DNA of 64,000 bases from Acanthaster planci. Taxonomy: Eukaryota. Location of the stretch: positions 912,381-976,380 of the forward strand of contig NW_019091359.1 of assembly GCF_001949145.1 (NCBI RefSeq). The letters are read 5' to 3'. The translations under genes were made by a program, and so were the position numbers. The notes beneath the pieces were generated by a model. That model saw only the letters and a list, made by a program, of their open reading frames with translations, had not been told where the DNA came from and did not search any database. Shown here piece by piece: positions 36,201 through 49,444 of this stretch; the stretch's first letter is position 1; each line of letters opens with the position of its first letter.

Positions 36201-39200
36201 CATGGGTTACCATGCTTACCTGAAAAGTGTTTCAAGAAATGGGTCTGCAACCTGTTTTCGAGGTTCAGATAAACGTCCAGTAAAATGAGTTGTAACAGTT
36301 CAAGAATTACTTGAAACTGTCATTTCTTTATTACAAATCTGTAATTTGAGCTTATCTGCAGACGAAGTTCAATTGAAACGTAGAGCGAAATTAGCGCCCG
36401 ACGTGAATCGCACACGCGTTTCGAAAAGTTTCCCTTGTGAGGCGTTCGTTGCCCAATCTTTCTTGACGTCTGACCGGCAGTAACCCGACACGACAATCCA
36501 CCGTCCTTGTTGGGCCCCTTGTTTGGGGTACTTCATTGGGGTACACTCTCAAAGTGATGTTTTCCTCGGCAAACAAACGGTTTCCGACGATCTTGAGTCG
36601 CTCTTCTTCCTCGTCGACCGTTTCTTTATTTTCTCTGGGGCTGGTCGCGCGGAATAAATGTGGTTTATTCCATTGTCTTTTAGGCGGGGTGTCGCTTACA
36701 AATTCCACTCTCAGTAGATGCTGACGGAGGGTGTGGGTATTGTAGCGAAGCACTCCGACGGGGACCATTTCCCCCTTGAATTATCGCTTCGCGCGAGGTG
36801 GTTTCAGTGAATGATTTGAGGGATCAGCACAATTGGATGACGGGGATTAGCTGGACAATCCAATCAATCCGTTTTATAGGATCGATTGCAGAAGAATGTT
36901 TGGCTGGTTAGTGTACCAGTGGGTAACACTGTGCCAGCGGCTAGGTAGGCGGGCTGAAATGCAGATATCAATACGCGCTCTGGTAGCCATGCAACAACTC
37001 ATCAGTTGCATGAGAGAACAGACACTAAACATATAAATACTTGGAGAATTGGGAGTGAATCGTTTAAACTTCGACGTTCCACATAATGTGGTCGATTAGA
37101 TATAAATTTATGAATGTATAACATGTCTTTTGCATCAGATCAATGTTTCGTACAAGGTTCAGCTAATGTTTGTGCTGTCTCGACGTGGAATGGACCAAAC
37201 ATCCTAAGAAGTCATTTTACTGTTCTCCGCATTGAAAAAACGCGATTTCCACCTCAAAAAAATAAAATCTCCTCAACCAGTATGACATGCTAAAACTGAA
37301 ACGTAAGAGTACAGCCTCACACATATACTTCACACCAAACAGCCTCAACATTTTGCAACTGTTTGTTTTGGGGAGGTATCGCCTAAGCCATAATATAGTA
37401 TCTTCACACCTTTGCTCGAGGGTTGATTTTTGTACCCTCAAAAAATAAAACTCAAAATAGTGGTATTTTTCTTGTGATTTTCCCTATACACAGCGTGCAG
37501 AGAAACGGCTTTCATCTACGCGATTACCAGCGCCGCTGTCACCCACTCTGTGGCCCGCTCCTGCAGTGAAGGTAGCGTAGAGACGTGCACCTGCGACTAC
37601 AAGTACCAGCGACCCAGCGGCGACGACTGGGAGTGGGGCGGATGCAGCGACAATATCGCCTTTGGCCACCGCTTCTCGCAGAAGTTCGTGGACGCCGACG
37701 AGAAGGGGCGAGATTTGCGGTTCATGATGAACATTCACAACAACGAAGTTGGAAGACTGGTAGGTTCTGGTGGTTGAAATATGTTTCATTTATTTCATAT
37801 GAAAGTATTCTCAGCATACCAGTGTGAGACAAAAGAGCGGTTTTCCTATTGCGTAAATTCTAATCTTCTCTTAAGTTGGGCTCTAGAAGAAACGAGCTTT
37901 CAAAGTACGTGTAGAAGCTGCAGGGGGGAAACTCAGCGAGAAACAGTGCACGCTGTATTCACATGCGCACCTTCAACGATTAAAACTCGCACATAATATA
38001 CATTGCACAGCCTGTAAATGTTCTCTTCGCGAGAATTACTTCCTCGGTATCCAGCCAAAAATAGGGATTTTCCCCAGCTTTTCATTGGTTATTTTTGTAT
38101 AAATGCTGGATTTGTAAAGGTTGAGTGCATCTCTTAACTATTGGTGGCCCTTATATAGGGCTATATGTGGTTAGTTATGTAAAATGCAATTGCGGACGTA
38201 CGGGTGACCTGTTTACATTCGTATGAATTCCTATTTTAAACTCAGCAATGAAAAAAAATTTGGCACGTGACCACGTAGTACTTTAATGACACCTAACTTA
38301 CAAAATTACTCAGTTTCAAGTTGTCTTTTTGATTTTTCATTTCTATTTCGTTCTCTATGCAAAACATATCCCTTGGGGGGGGGTTAATGCTTAACAGCAA
38401 CTTTGATCGTTTAATCGGTTCCAACACTTGGTATTTTCAATGACTCTTAACAATCTTTTAGTGAGGCAACCCTTTCCCCTCCCACGAAGCACCATTTCCA
38501 AAAATCCAATTTCCTTCTTTCCCCCCCCCCCCGTCTTTCTTTTTTTCCTTTTGAATCTGGTAATTTCGCCAACACAACTGTTTGCCTTTGTCATCTCAAA
38601 CGGTTCTATTTATGCAGCGTAATTGCTTGTGTCAGAGTTCCCTGCTTCAGCCATAAGTGCCGTCTCACTTTAAGAATGCGCGGTACACAACTCATGCCAT
38701 TGTCGGCATTTATGACCATGTCATCATCCGGCAATCCCTGCTCAAGCACCTTTCTTTTTCTGTGAAAGCCATCGCCGGGTTCCGTTGACCGGTGACGAGA
38801 CCCTGCTGAAGAGAGGCTGTACCCGCGTTTATCCTCCCTCGCCGCCTCGACCCTCCACGGCCCGATGCCTCGCGCCTGCGTCAGGGCGGCGACATCACAG
38901 TCGTAAACCGCTGGCTTTCAGCTCAGCGATAATACCGCAGTCAAAGAAATCAACACTGTTAAAAAAGAGGGACCCCTGTATTGTTTGCCGAAATCAATGA
39001 GATGTAGTCTCCTCCGTGCAATTACCTGTTCCACATCGCCCTTTTCTGCATGACGGGCGTTTACGCCAAAATTATGAGGCCTGCCCACGTTCGCGATTGC
39101 CCCTACTACCGAGATCGTAAAAAGTACTTAGTAGCACCCTTAGAGAAAACAATTGGGAAACCTTGTTTCCAACAGTGGGTGGTGGCATTGCTTGATCTTT

Positions 39201-40792
39201 TTAAGTCGGGTATTAAACTCTGGGGTAAAGGTGTATAATAGTCGGTACAACCACAGAGGGGAATCATCCAATGTACTGCTCTTTTTTATACTGAGCAACG
39301 CCAGGATAATGATAAAGACTACTAAAATGTCGATCTTGCCGATATACGCGGTGAGTCATGCATGTGGGATGTCTCGATTGTGCCGTGAATGAGTTACTTG
39401 CAGACCCATGCATTTTTCCCAGCTCAGTCTAAGCTCTCTTGTTAAATTGTGCAGACCTTTGAAACTGCCTCATGGCGCAACTAGCGCATCTGGGAGGGTT
39501 TTGGGGTTCAGCCCCCCCCCCGAAATATTTATTCTTTTTTTTTTAAGTTAACGGAGATATTCACGCACGTTTCTAACTCTTTGCTCTGACACATGGCACG
39601 TGGGTGGGGAAGGCTTGAGCATCATGAGCGTTTTTGTGAAGTAAATTCCGTCCGAACCCCCCCCTCCTCTCGGACAATTCCTAGATGCAACACCCTGCCT
39701 CATAATTTGAGGCAGTGATACAAACTGTCCAGAAAAGTAACAAAAATGACAATGCTATCTAACTGGAAATTATTTTGTATATGGAAATCCATATTTCGGG
39801 TGTTTTTGTCTTTCAGATGAAAGTGTAGACAATTGGGCAATTGTACAAGCAATGTCGAAGTAGATATTCGGCAAAGGGGCCTTTTTACACGCCCAGGATA
39901 CATTTCTGCGTCTTCCGTTTTAACGGCGACAACAACCACGTTCGATTCCAATGCTTGCAACGAGACAAATATCGTAAATGAACGAACTGAATCTGTGTGT
40001 TTCCCTCAGAATCATCTTTAAACAGGAGCCTAAAATGGAGAAATCTGTATTTTGGAAAACCTAAACGGAATTTAACTCTTTCCTTGGTACTTCAACGAGC
40101 AGACGAATCACACCACGTCATTTCTCCGCTTTCGGGGAATAAAACGGTACGCTTACGTGAAGAGCGAAGCCATAATATCTGTCATATTTTCCCCTTGTTT
40201 TCAGACGGTTTCGTCCGGCATGCGACGGGAATGTAAGTGCCACGGGATGTCCGGCAGTTGCACCATCCAGACCTGCTGGATGCGCCTTCCGACCTTCCGC
40301 ACCGTCGGCGAGTTCCTCAAGGACCGCTTCGACGGCGCATCCCGTGTTGCGCTCCGCAACGAGGGAGTGCGGGGCAGCAGCGGCAGCGGCGGCTCATCCG
40401 GCAGCGGCAGTGGCAGCGGCAGCACCAACAACAACGGCAACCGGGGCGGGCGCGGCCGAGACCGGGGCCAGCGGACCGAGGGCGGCACCGAGGCCAACTT
40501 CCAGCCCTACAACGCCAACCACAAGCCGCCGGGTGCCCGCGACCTGGTCTACTTCGACGATTCGCCGGACTTCTGTGTGCGGAACGAGAAGGTGGGCACC
40601 CTAGGCACCGTGGGGAGGGAGTGCAACAACACCTCCCTGGGCGTGGACGGGTGTGACCTGATGTGCTGCGGGCGGGACTATGACGGGTCCCAGGTTCGAA
40701 TCAAAGAGAGGTGTAGCTGCACGTTCCATTGGTGTTGCAAAGTGAAATGCCAAGAGTGTACGACAGTAAGGACCGTATATCGATGCCGGTAA
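21148..40792 (+). CDS. Wnt1: Wnt1 (wingless-type) ligand, 4 coding exons: join(21148..21239,30437..30702,37494..37759,40205..40792), 403 aa
   Basis: Manual splicing at GT-AG sites gives one open frame of 1212 nt with intron phases 2,1,0. Signal peptide ending [56 protein letters not shown] with intact acylation Ser; [12 protein letters not shown]-terminal CSCTFHWCC. These match the Wnt1/wg subfamily. Confidence 0.95.
22656..22903. mobile_element. 248-bp MITE, PIF/Harbinger-like, in Wnt1 intron 1
   Basis: Imperfect TIRs GGGCCAATTTCATATCACTGCTTGAGC versus revcomp GGGCCAATTTAATAGAGCTGCTTAAGC; 3-bp target-site duplication CAG at 22653-22655 and 22904-22906. Confidence 0.8.
30437..30702 (+). CDS. 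Wnt1: Wnt1 coding exon 2
   Basis: Polypyrimidine tract plus ctccag acceptor; encodes SIATYPQK...[15 protein letters not shown]...FGKILNI; G|gtaaca donor. Confidence 0.93.
37494..37759 (+). CDS. Wnt1: Wnt1 coding exon 3
   Basis: cacag acceptor; [26 protein letters not shown]...[10 protein letters not shown]...[11 protein letters not shown]|gtaggt donor. Confidence 0.95.
39474..39694. mobile_element. Degenerate MITE-like insertion in Wnt1 intron 3
   Basis: Flanked by the 9-bp direct repeat CTGCCTCAT (39465-39473 and 39695-39703); degenerate inverted ends GCATCTGGGA / TCCTAGATGC; subterminal GGGGTTC and GAACCCCC. Confidence 0.5.
40205..40792 (+). CDS. Wnt1: Wnt1 coding exon 4 (terminal)
   Basis: tttcag acceptor; [24 protein letters not shown]...[16 protein letters not shown]...CR, then TAA. 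Confidence 0.96.
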   Translation, partial: TVSSGMRRECKCHGMSGSCTIQTCWMRLPTFRTVGEFLKDRFDGASRVALRNEGVRGSSGSGGSSGSGSGSGSTNNNGNRGGRGRDRGQRTEGGTEANFQPYNANHKPPGARDLVYFDDSPDFCVRNEKVGTLGTVGRECNNTSLGVDGCDLMCCGRDYDGSQVRIKERCSCTFHWCCKVKCQECTTVRTVYRCR

Positions 40793-41680
40793 AAGATTGT
40801 ATACTGTACATGTATGAATTGGTATTTCTGTAAACATCGTGTTCAAAACCATGTCTTATGTGTTTAAATCTCACAATTCCAGTCATTTTGAATTACCGGT
40901 CAGAAAAAAGAAATTTTAAAATTCGTGTAACATATTTTCTTTTTGACATGTTTAAACAGGGACCCTCACATAAACCCGTAGATCGCGATGTTTACTCCAG
41001 TGTACCTATTTTCTTAACTGCGATATGCATTTTTGGTTCCACAAAATCTGACCTATTCAGCACCATCATGCAGAAAAACTATAAATACCAAAAATGTCAA
41101 CCAAGAGCGCTCGAAGTAGAAACAGTGAAAATAGCATTTTTACCATGAGACATGGTGTTGTCCATGAATCTTTATCATGTAAATATATATTATATGATAC
41201 TTTTATTAACTTTAATTTAGCGTGCGAAATAAGTATTGTTTGATACGGTTTAATTTTTTAGTACAGCCTTTACCATTGCCTAGCTGGACATGGGACTTAA
41301 AGAATATTGCTGGGAAATTCCAGCTTAAAATGTATGGATATGGACAAAAACCAGCTCACTAAGTTGCGCTGTGGCCTGAATTCTACATTAAAATATGTGT
41401 GTAATTCAATGATTTTGAGCGTTGCAGCTCGGTGGCTTTAATGTAACTATTGGGTCATCGTTTGCTGTACTATCTGTGGGCTTTGTTTTCACTCTATGGA
41501 AATTGTCACTTTGTCTTTTGACCACTTGGACGCCGGATGCCGTGTAAACCCCCGTGTGTACTATTCGAGTCCATCACAAGTCCATTACACGTCATTCAGT
41601 CTTAAGCCAATTCACAAGCTATTCAAAAGAGCTGTGACAAAAGCATTCTTTTGTCATTGTTCACCCTGTTGCATATGACT

Positions 41681-41730
41681 GGCCTTGTGAAAGGACTTGT
41701 GACTGGACTTGTGAAGGGACTTGTGAAAGG
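41681..41730 (+). repeat. 12-bp tandem repeat GG(A/C)CTTGTGANN x4, in putative Wnt1 3' UTR
   Basis: ggccttgtgaaa ggacttgtgact ggacttgtgaag ggacttgtgaaa gg. Confidence 0.9.
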
Positions 41731-42662
41731 GGAAAGGGCCTCGTGATGGACTCGTTTACACTGGTAAACACACATAATTTTCCGTATTTGTTTCACGGAG
41801 GACGTGTACACTCGTCTAAGAATTCTTTGTTTATTTCCGTGGTTTACGCATTAACGCGTCGTACTTGGTTGGGTTGAAGCACAAGTGCAAGCTTGAAGAA
41901 TTAAGGGTAAAATTTAAAAGAAAAAACGCCCGATGGCCGAGCAGCTTTTTGTAGGAAAGAAAATCCAACGTTAACTGGATATATTTTCGAGCGCAAATTT
42001 GTGGTTTGTTAAAAAGATTCAAAGAGTTTTTCAAGGTACTGTTAAAGGGGGGGGGGTCGGGTAAGACGAGATTCTGTTGTTTTTAAGAGTACAATTTTGT
42101 GTATATCAAAACTACATGTACATGTTAGTCATGAAGCTTTCTCCAAGTACACAGAAAACATAGAGATATGCACATTTTTGTCGTAATCGTAATGTGTAAA
42201 ATTAAAAATGTTTTGAAAACTTATTTTGATCCCTCCCGAGCTTTGGGAAACCAATCGAGTGTAATTTGGTGTTCTGCAGTGTTCAATGTTTACGACACAA
42301 ATACATTTTGTGTCGGCCGGTGGTGGATGAATGGTTCAGCGCCCTCTTTGGACGATTTGCGGGAACTATTTTGAGGGTTCAAAGTCAAATATTGAAGTGG
42401 AGGTCAAGTTTGTGTCATATTTGGAAAGAGTAACCCGTCTATTTAGTTTATTCCCCAAATATACCGATATCTCTATTTCTGAAAATTCTGACTTTCAGCT
42501 CCTTTTGTGCATGGTGAAAGGTAACATTTTAGTTACTTCTCAAATGAGAAGGGTACTGTTTCGTTAATGTACAACTCTGTTTTTAATACGTACCCTAACT
42601 GTATAAATTACATGTAGGCCTACATGTATAATGTTCAATTCACCAAGTTTAATTGCTACAAG

Positions 42663-42668
42663 AATAAA
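42663..42668 (+). terminator. Candidate Wnt1 polyadenylation signal AATAAA
   Basis: First canonical AATAAA seen downstream of the Wnt1 stop. An ATTAAA variant occurs earlier at 41387. Confidence 0.35.
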
Positions 42669-42874
42669 CTCATATCTTAAGCAGTTGAAAATTGCATATG
42701 CGTTAGATGTGAATCAAAGCAAATAACGATATTTGTATTGGCACAAGATCAATTAATTTTAAGATTTTATTCAATGGAATGCATTGGGAATTTGAGTTAC
42801 AAAACTATTCCATACATCCTCGGCATTGGTAAAATGATATCAATTTGAAAAAAAAAAATTCAGTACGGCAGTTA

Positions 42875-43024
42875 CACAATAGTGCGCCACCGAGAGTTTG
42901 CAACGCGTTGGCCAATCACAGTGCACGAAATCTGTCGACCAAATGCGCGTTTGGAAAGGGTCGACAGATTTCGCCCGCTGTGATTGGCCAACGCGTTGCA
43001 CACTCTTGGTGGCGCACTATTGTG
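42875..43024. mobile_element. 150-bp foldback / palindromic MITE-like element between Wnt1 and Wnt6
   Basis: 66-bp inverted arms (42875-42940 and 42959-43024), 61/66 complementary, with an 18-nt spacer. Weaker symmetry extends to ~42861 and ~43038. Confidence 0.85.
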
Positions 43025-46000
43025 AATCGCTCGTATTGTCGATGACGGCCTCATCACACAGTGAAATTATCGTTTTTATGAGATAACGGGGGGGTTGATG
43101 CTTATATTCCCCAAGGGAGTGCGGTTTCCAAACTGTTTGAAATCCGTGGGTCTTTTTTGTTAACTCATCTGGTAGAACTCTTCTGTGTATTGTGGGGGTT
43201 AGCGATTCCAATCTAGGGAGCCTAAATGCATGTGAAACGCAGAATCAGCGCTAGCAGTGTATTTGTATATAGTGGTCCGTCAACGAAACTGATTTGAGTA
43301 TTAATTATACAGTGTACATGCGTTCAGGCCTAGGGCAACCCTGTTGTTGGGAATGCTTCACCAAGAGACCACAACGCTTTTTGCATTTTTTTTAACTTGT
43401 TATGCAAAGGCAGGCCAGTGTGAGTCATGTCAGGCATTAAACCGTGCGCAAACTTGCTGTGTGAAATATAAACTTAACAATTTGTGGTGAAGTTTCTTTG
43501 TGTCGGGCTTTGACATTTTAGCGACATGTTTTGAACAAAGAAGATTTCTTTCTTCCAAAAATTCCCATTCCTTTCCTTACTGTTCTGAGGAAGACCTATC
43601 TTCGAACGGACCTTTCTACTGTAGCTGAAGTACGCCCTCTGTTGCCAAAAGAGAGAAGGTCCAGCGTTCTTGCGTTCAATCAGCACTTACCCTACAAAGC
43701 TAACCCTTATGGCATTATTTATGTCGGTGTAGTTTTTATCTTCTGGGCAAAAATTATCGGATTTACCTTCCCGGGAAAGCAACACCTTTTTTTAAGCCAT
43801 TATGTTTCTGCCTGCTTGTCACCCTTGGCTCCTTTTACAGAAAACTGGTTCGGTTTAAACGCCAGTTCATTAGTTGACCAACGTGCTCTGAAGAAAGCCA
43901 ATAATAATTGTTTAGAACGGTTTCATCAAATACGGTCTTGGGCCCCCATGTAAATTGTGCATCCAGTTGCACCCTGCATCCCATATATTATTGTCATGGA
44001 CAGGAAATCAAACCGCAGACCATATGCATGTTGGGAATCATCGATATCTGCTGAATTTATGTTTGTGGTATGGTGTATTGGGCAATTTGACCACAGTTGA
44101 CCCGATTTGAATCATCGTTACATGTACAGTAATTAACTCCTGAAATACAAAATCTGTACATGAGATCAGTGAATGGCCCGGTGTTTTAAATGTACGGGTA
44201 TGAATTTGCTTACGACTTTCTCTTGAAACGCGTGCAGTGCCTGCCAAATGAAGGTGCTTCCATCGAGAACCACGTCGACGACCGTCGAGGTTACTGACTT
44301 TAACGAGGCCTGTGCAGTTTAACAAGGGTGCTTGATTTTCTTCTGTAGTTCAGTACTAAATGGATTTAGTCATGACATTTTCTTAGCAAATTTGAGAAAG
44401 GGAGTACAAGCTGGGGGTGGAGACTGACTGCCATGGGGGCGTAGTCATACACCATTAGCTACGTCACTGCTCATACTTCGCACACCCACATTTAACCTGT
44501 TTTGTTCTCCCAAACGTAGTGCACTTAGATCTTGAAGCTGCATATATACAAATCACAGGAATTCTCGTGAATGCTTTTTATTCTTGAGATGATATTCTTT
44601 ATTGGAAGCCGATTGCATGGAATGGTGGAACTACTCTTCAAGTTGCTACACGATATCGTGCCACTTGAAAGCAACCCAAATCTGTCGAGGGATTGGTGTT
44701 GGAACATGGACTCACGCGATATCCCATTGGCCGACTTAAACGCTCACCACATCAACCTCTCCATGCATGCGTGCTACCCTTACAAGATCATAATCTCATT
44801 TCATGTCGCTGGCTTCCTCTGTGCCGCATACCCCTCCTTTGCATTTTTAAGGAAATGAGGAAATTGGTGGGTTTCCTTTCTGCCTGATGAGCTAGGCCAT
44901 ACTTGCTTCGGGGGGAGGGAGTTAGGGGAATACACTGACGTCATTTTACACAGACAGCCTTCGTAGTCTCCACAAAACCGGGAGAGAAATTGCAAGTTTG
45001 AGCTTCAGGAGGGCGCAGAGTGACTTGAAGCAAGTCCAGACGTAAGACATTTTCACCAGCTGCGATTCTAGATACAGCTTTATTGTCTACGTCACTGTAA
45101 CTGCAATTTTACCAACCATTAGTTGGTGTTGCTTTCAGGCCACCATTGCCAAAAAGAAAGATGAAAAAAAGATCTTTCAACATTAATTTTTAATCAGATG
45201 GACTATTCTTAAAATAATGCAAACACTTCTTTCTATTATTGGGAGACCGCAAGCTGTTTCGTATCTATCAGTGCTATAATCATGCTTGAATCTAAAGACA
45301 GTACTGGCCCCTCCAGAGCTCCAAGTAAACGAAAAGAAACAACGTGCAAGTCTCAAGACCTCACCTACTGACACCACGCACACTACTGCGCATGCTAGTA
45401 AAATCTCAACTTTTATGGTTAACTTAAAGATCCCGTGTCTGTTGGTTATGCCCGGCCAATATGTGCTGTTTTATTTGCCAATCGAATTTTGTTTGTTCCT
45501 TTCGATATTGCCCAGAGGGTGTTTGAAACCTCCCTGCCCCCTCTGCATGCCCCCCCCCTGCCAACTAAGCTAATGAGACTCAAAGTTATGAGTGCCGGGA
45601 GTTGTTACAACGTTTCTGTTGAATGGAAACTACCTTTTTCATAATGACAAACAGTGAGAAAGGAAACAAACAGAAATGGACATGTATATAGCCATGCATT
45701 ACATGTTTACATGGAAAGAGAGAATTAGTGGTAGCAGCTCAGTCGAACTGATCAGAATGCGTCAGCGCAAGTTGCTGTAAATCAGACCGTTATCTGGGTC
45801 ATCCGTTTCCTGCCAAATTTACTCCTGCCGTTTTCCAATTGAATCGCTTTGCTAAACAGACGATACCGTGAATTTGAACAAAATAGCCGTCCAATTCAGG
45901 GTAATCACCACCCACAAGTTCAGCGGCGCGGACCACACAGAACAAGGACAAAAATGCGCGGACGGCGTTTTTCATCCGTAAAATACCGCAACAGTTTCAC

Positions 46001-47842
46001 ATTTCTGTAACTTCAGTGACCGCACACAACACTCAACGGGGCCCCCAGTTTGATTTCGGCAGAGATCCCGCTCCTGGCCAATGGCACACCGCCAAAACGG
46101 TCACATGGGCCGCAGATCGGGCACGCAGACGGGACCGCACACGATCTGCCCAGACGATCGCTCTTCAGAGTACGTGACTGATTTCAGACAGACCATGGAA
46201 CGAGGAAAAAAGTTGGTGTAGGTCCTGTTTGATGAACGCGAGCCAACAAAACCATCCCTCCGCAAGCAATTGCAATTTCCGCGGTGAAGCATACCCAGGG
46301 GAAATATGGTAGACCGAGGTAGGAATAACTTGAGTTTATGGTTGCCAAGACAGATGGCAGGCAGGGGATCGGGGGGTTGTTTAATATATATTTTTAAAAG
46401 GTGCATGGATCGCCCATGTACGAAGTAGATGACGGATGGAAATTCTGACAATGGTTGTCACAAGAACTTGTATATGGACAACCTGACAGTCAAACAAATT
46501 ACTTGGCATCCGGATTCAATATTTCAGTACAGGAAAGAGCAGCTACATCTCGATCCAATGAAGGGGGGTGTTGTTAGCATCAGAGGCTACCAGGTCGTTG
46601 CTGTCTTCATGAATATCGATGGCTACTCACGTCACCCAACAAGTAATGATAAGACAAAAGCATTGCTCCAGTAAAAAAACCAGAACAAGTGCAAGACGTT
46701 AATGGTAAACACCCGAAGCATCCACTGAAAAAAAACCTAACTCTGGCGTTGATTTGACACCCCTCTGTATCTATATGGATATGCACGGTGTTACATGTAC
46801 ACCGATTTAACAATACATTGTAGTCAATGTTCCCTTCGAATTTAATCTTAGTTCATGTTAAATAAATGGCATTGTGATCGGAGTAATATGGAAGACTTTC
46901 TGCGAGTTGTCAGGCCCACAGGAAGAAGGAGATCATGATGAATTATAAAGTGAACGGACAAAGCTGAGATTCGTTGGCAGGGGATTCCCGCGTCACATCC
47001 GTGGCCTCAGGAGTCGCCGTTTCCTCAGGGTATTGTACAAAAGGCAGGGGGCGAGGTACATGTAGGTTAACATTGACCCCGGGCGGTGGCCGCTGACAGA
47101 CATTTTCTAATCCCCGATTGCGTATCTCTTGCTCGGAACCTTTTCCAAGCTTCGGTCAATATTCTTGGCAATGTCACGTGGGACGAAAACCAGACACTTG
47201 TGTATATAGTGCCTCACGATAGCACACCGTGCCGACTGTAAGTTTATATAGGTTCCAAGGCAGTAAATGCTAGTGGCGTAAGGGGAGGAGGGCGGAGGAC
47301 ACGGGCCCCCTCGCTCGAGGTCCGGGACCGCAAGTGTCCCTCCCCGCAAGATGTGCCGCAATCACACCACTGGTACACCACTCGGGGAAATAAAATCAAA
47401 ACGATGGGAGGCGCCGTTTTGTCTCATTTTCTTTGCTGTATTTTGTCCCATTTACGATTATACAAATGAAATTTTAACATGACTAATTTTGCCTTTGTAT
47501 TGAAAATGGGGCAAGAAGCCACCATCCATGCCATGAAGAATTCACCGTTCCTCCTTTCAACAAGCGACCGCCCCGACCCCACCATCTACAAGCTACAGGT
47601 ATGATTCTTGCATCAGTTATCTATCAACCCTTCACCAAAATATCAGCAACTTTCTCATCAAGAGGCTAGTTCTTGCCCATCAAACACATATCCCTACCTG
47701 AAAGAGACTGACAGGGGCCAGTGTCTCTATTTTCTCCCTTGAAGAGGGCACCGGATGAATACGCAACCAACACGACTTGCAAGGGTGTAAACTCTCTGGC
47801 TAATTTGTTTTCACATTTTTTCATATTTATGGTCAATTTTTT

Positions 47843-47848
47843 TTTATT
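47843..47848 (-). terminator. Candidate Wnt6 polyadenylation signal AATAAA
   Basis: TTTATT on + strand, ~1.6 kb 3' of the Wnt6 stop; first canonical hexamer seen, though ATTAAA variants occur earlier. Confidence 0.3.
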
Positions 47849-47943
47849 GTCTTCTTAACGTTTAAGAGTCTCACAAGTGCAGCAGAAGGCAAGGCTCTGG
47901 GACAGAGATTCCATGGGTTATGAGCCCTGAGCTGGATCACGAG

Positions 47944-48113
47944 AGGGCGCAATTTCCTTGCAACGGCAGGCTCCTTTGGTAGGTACTGCTCATCGCTGGT
48001 TCACAAGACTATGAAATGCACGCGTTACGGTCGCATCGCTACCAGCTAAATGAGCACTCCCGACCAACATGGCTCTATTCAACCAATGAGGGGGTGCTTC
48101 TGCTCGACGAGGA
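47944..48113 (+). repeat. Dispersed ~170-bp element, copy 2 (3' of Wnt6 stop)
   Basis: Same collinear blocks as 2310-2487, in the same orientation. Confidence 0.85.
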
Positions 48114-49444
48114 TTCACTTCATAATACCTTTCACAGGGAAGAAAACATGTTACTGGCTGCAGTGATTTAATTCATTTTTACGTTTACTTAACACAGTCA
48201 CACACTATTGATAGTATAAAAAAAATCAAAAGCACAAAGCAGTCTCACAGTACATGGACTTTCCAGCCTGGAGACTTTTCACTTTAACCTTTTAATATAC
48301 CAATTTTCATTCCAGTTGAGAGAATTCCGGGAGCAATAGTTTGAGTGAGGTTGCAATTGGTGCCCTGTCCCAAGGCTCGTCAAGGCAGGGTGCACCGCTG
48401 GTTTTCACTGGAAGCAAAATTGCCGATACATAAAAACTGCTTAATGAATACTGGAATCGTAGAAAAACGTATGAATACCATCATTCAGTAGCATGACTGG
48501 CCTAAAAAGGAGGAATTTCCACCCAAGATATGAATGAGCAAGTTTTATATTTCAAATAGCTAAGGTCCTTCGGGAACAAAGTGCACGGGAGTCGGGGTAC
48601 ATGTGTTACGGCTGCAATGATAGGACAAACTATTGCGTGCGCGTACCTGAACCCAAATAGCCTCGTACTTAGCATGCGCAGTTGGAATACCGAACCGGCT
48701 CATTCTTTCCTACAGACCTTACGATTTTGCGAGTAGCATGCATAACATATACAACATACGTACAATTACACACATTTTATGCTTTGAAACGACAACAGAA
48801 GTATCCGAAATCCGGAGTAAACATTAAAATAACAGTGCACGGGGAAAGGCACTGCTAAAACATTCAATTCTTTGAAGGCACCGTTTTCCTAATAATTATT
48901 CGCCACTGTCCTCTAAGACATTCTGAAAGCATTTAAATATAAGAACAATAAACTTTTGGACCTTACAAAATTATATTCAGTGATATAAAAAATATTTTAC
49001 ATCTTACAAAATTAGTAATAAATGCGGAGTCTTAATTCTCTCGTCAATGTGTTTCTATGAATATAATCATATTTACAGCTTCCACACGTTTCAATCTTCA
49101 TGTATGTGCCTTTTATGCTAAATGCTCGTAACCTTTGAAAACATTAAAGCTATTTGCGTCGTTTTCTTTCATACTGCCAAATAGTTGTAAAAACATGCAC
49201 TAAGAATCAAAGTGAAGGCTAACATTGTTATTGTGATGGCGAAATGCTAAATATAATTTTTAAGTTGCTTGATTTATATAAGTTCAAATACGACCAAAGG
49301 AGTTCTGAAGGCATAAAGACAAATGTGAAATCCGATTACATCAGAATTTGAAGGAAAGGGCGAACCAGCAGTGTAGACGTACACGTACGAGACTAATGTT
49401 TGGTTGCCGGGCAAAGTATCAGTTTCCCATCTGCCTAAGGTCGC

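Noticed and set aside
30437..37759. Wnt1 exons 2 and 3 are both exactly 266 nt
   Set aside because: No sequence similarity between them; coincidence.
47560..47830. Possible Penelope-like retroelement end, and LINE-like 3' tails at ~1840-2185 and ~29440-29690
   Set aside because: Only vague resemblance (degenerate WN..P/SFK frame, AT-rich tails); cannot be supported without a repeat-library search.
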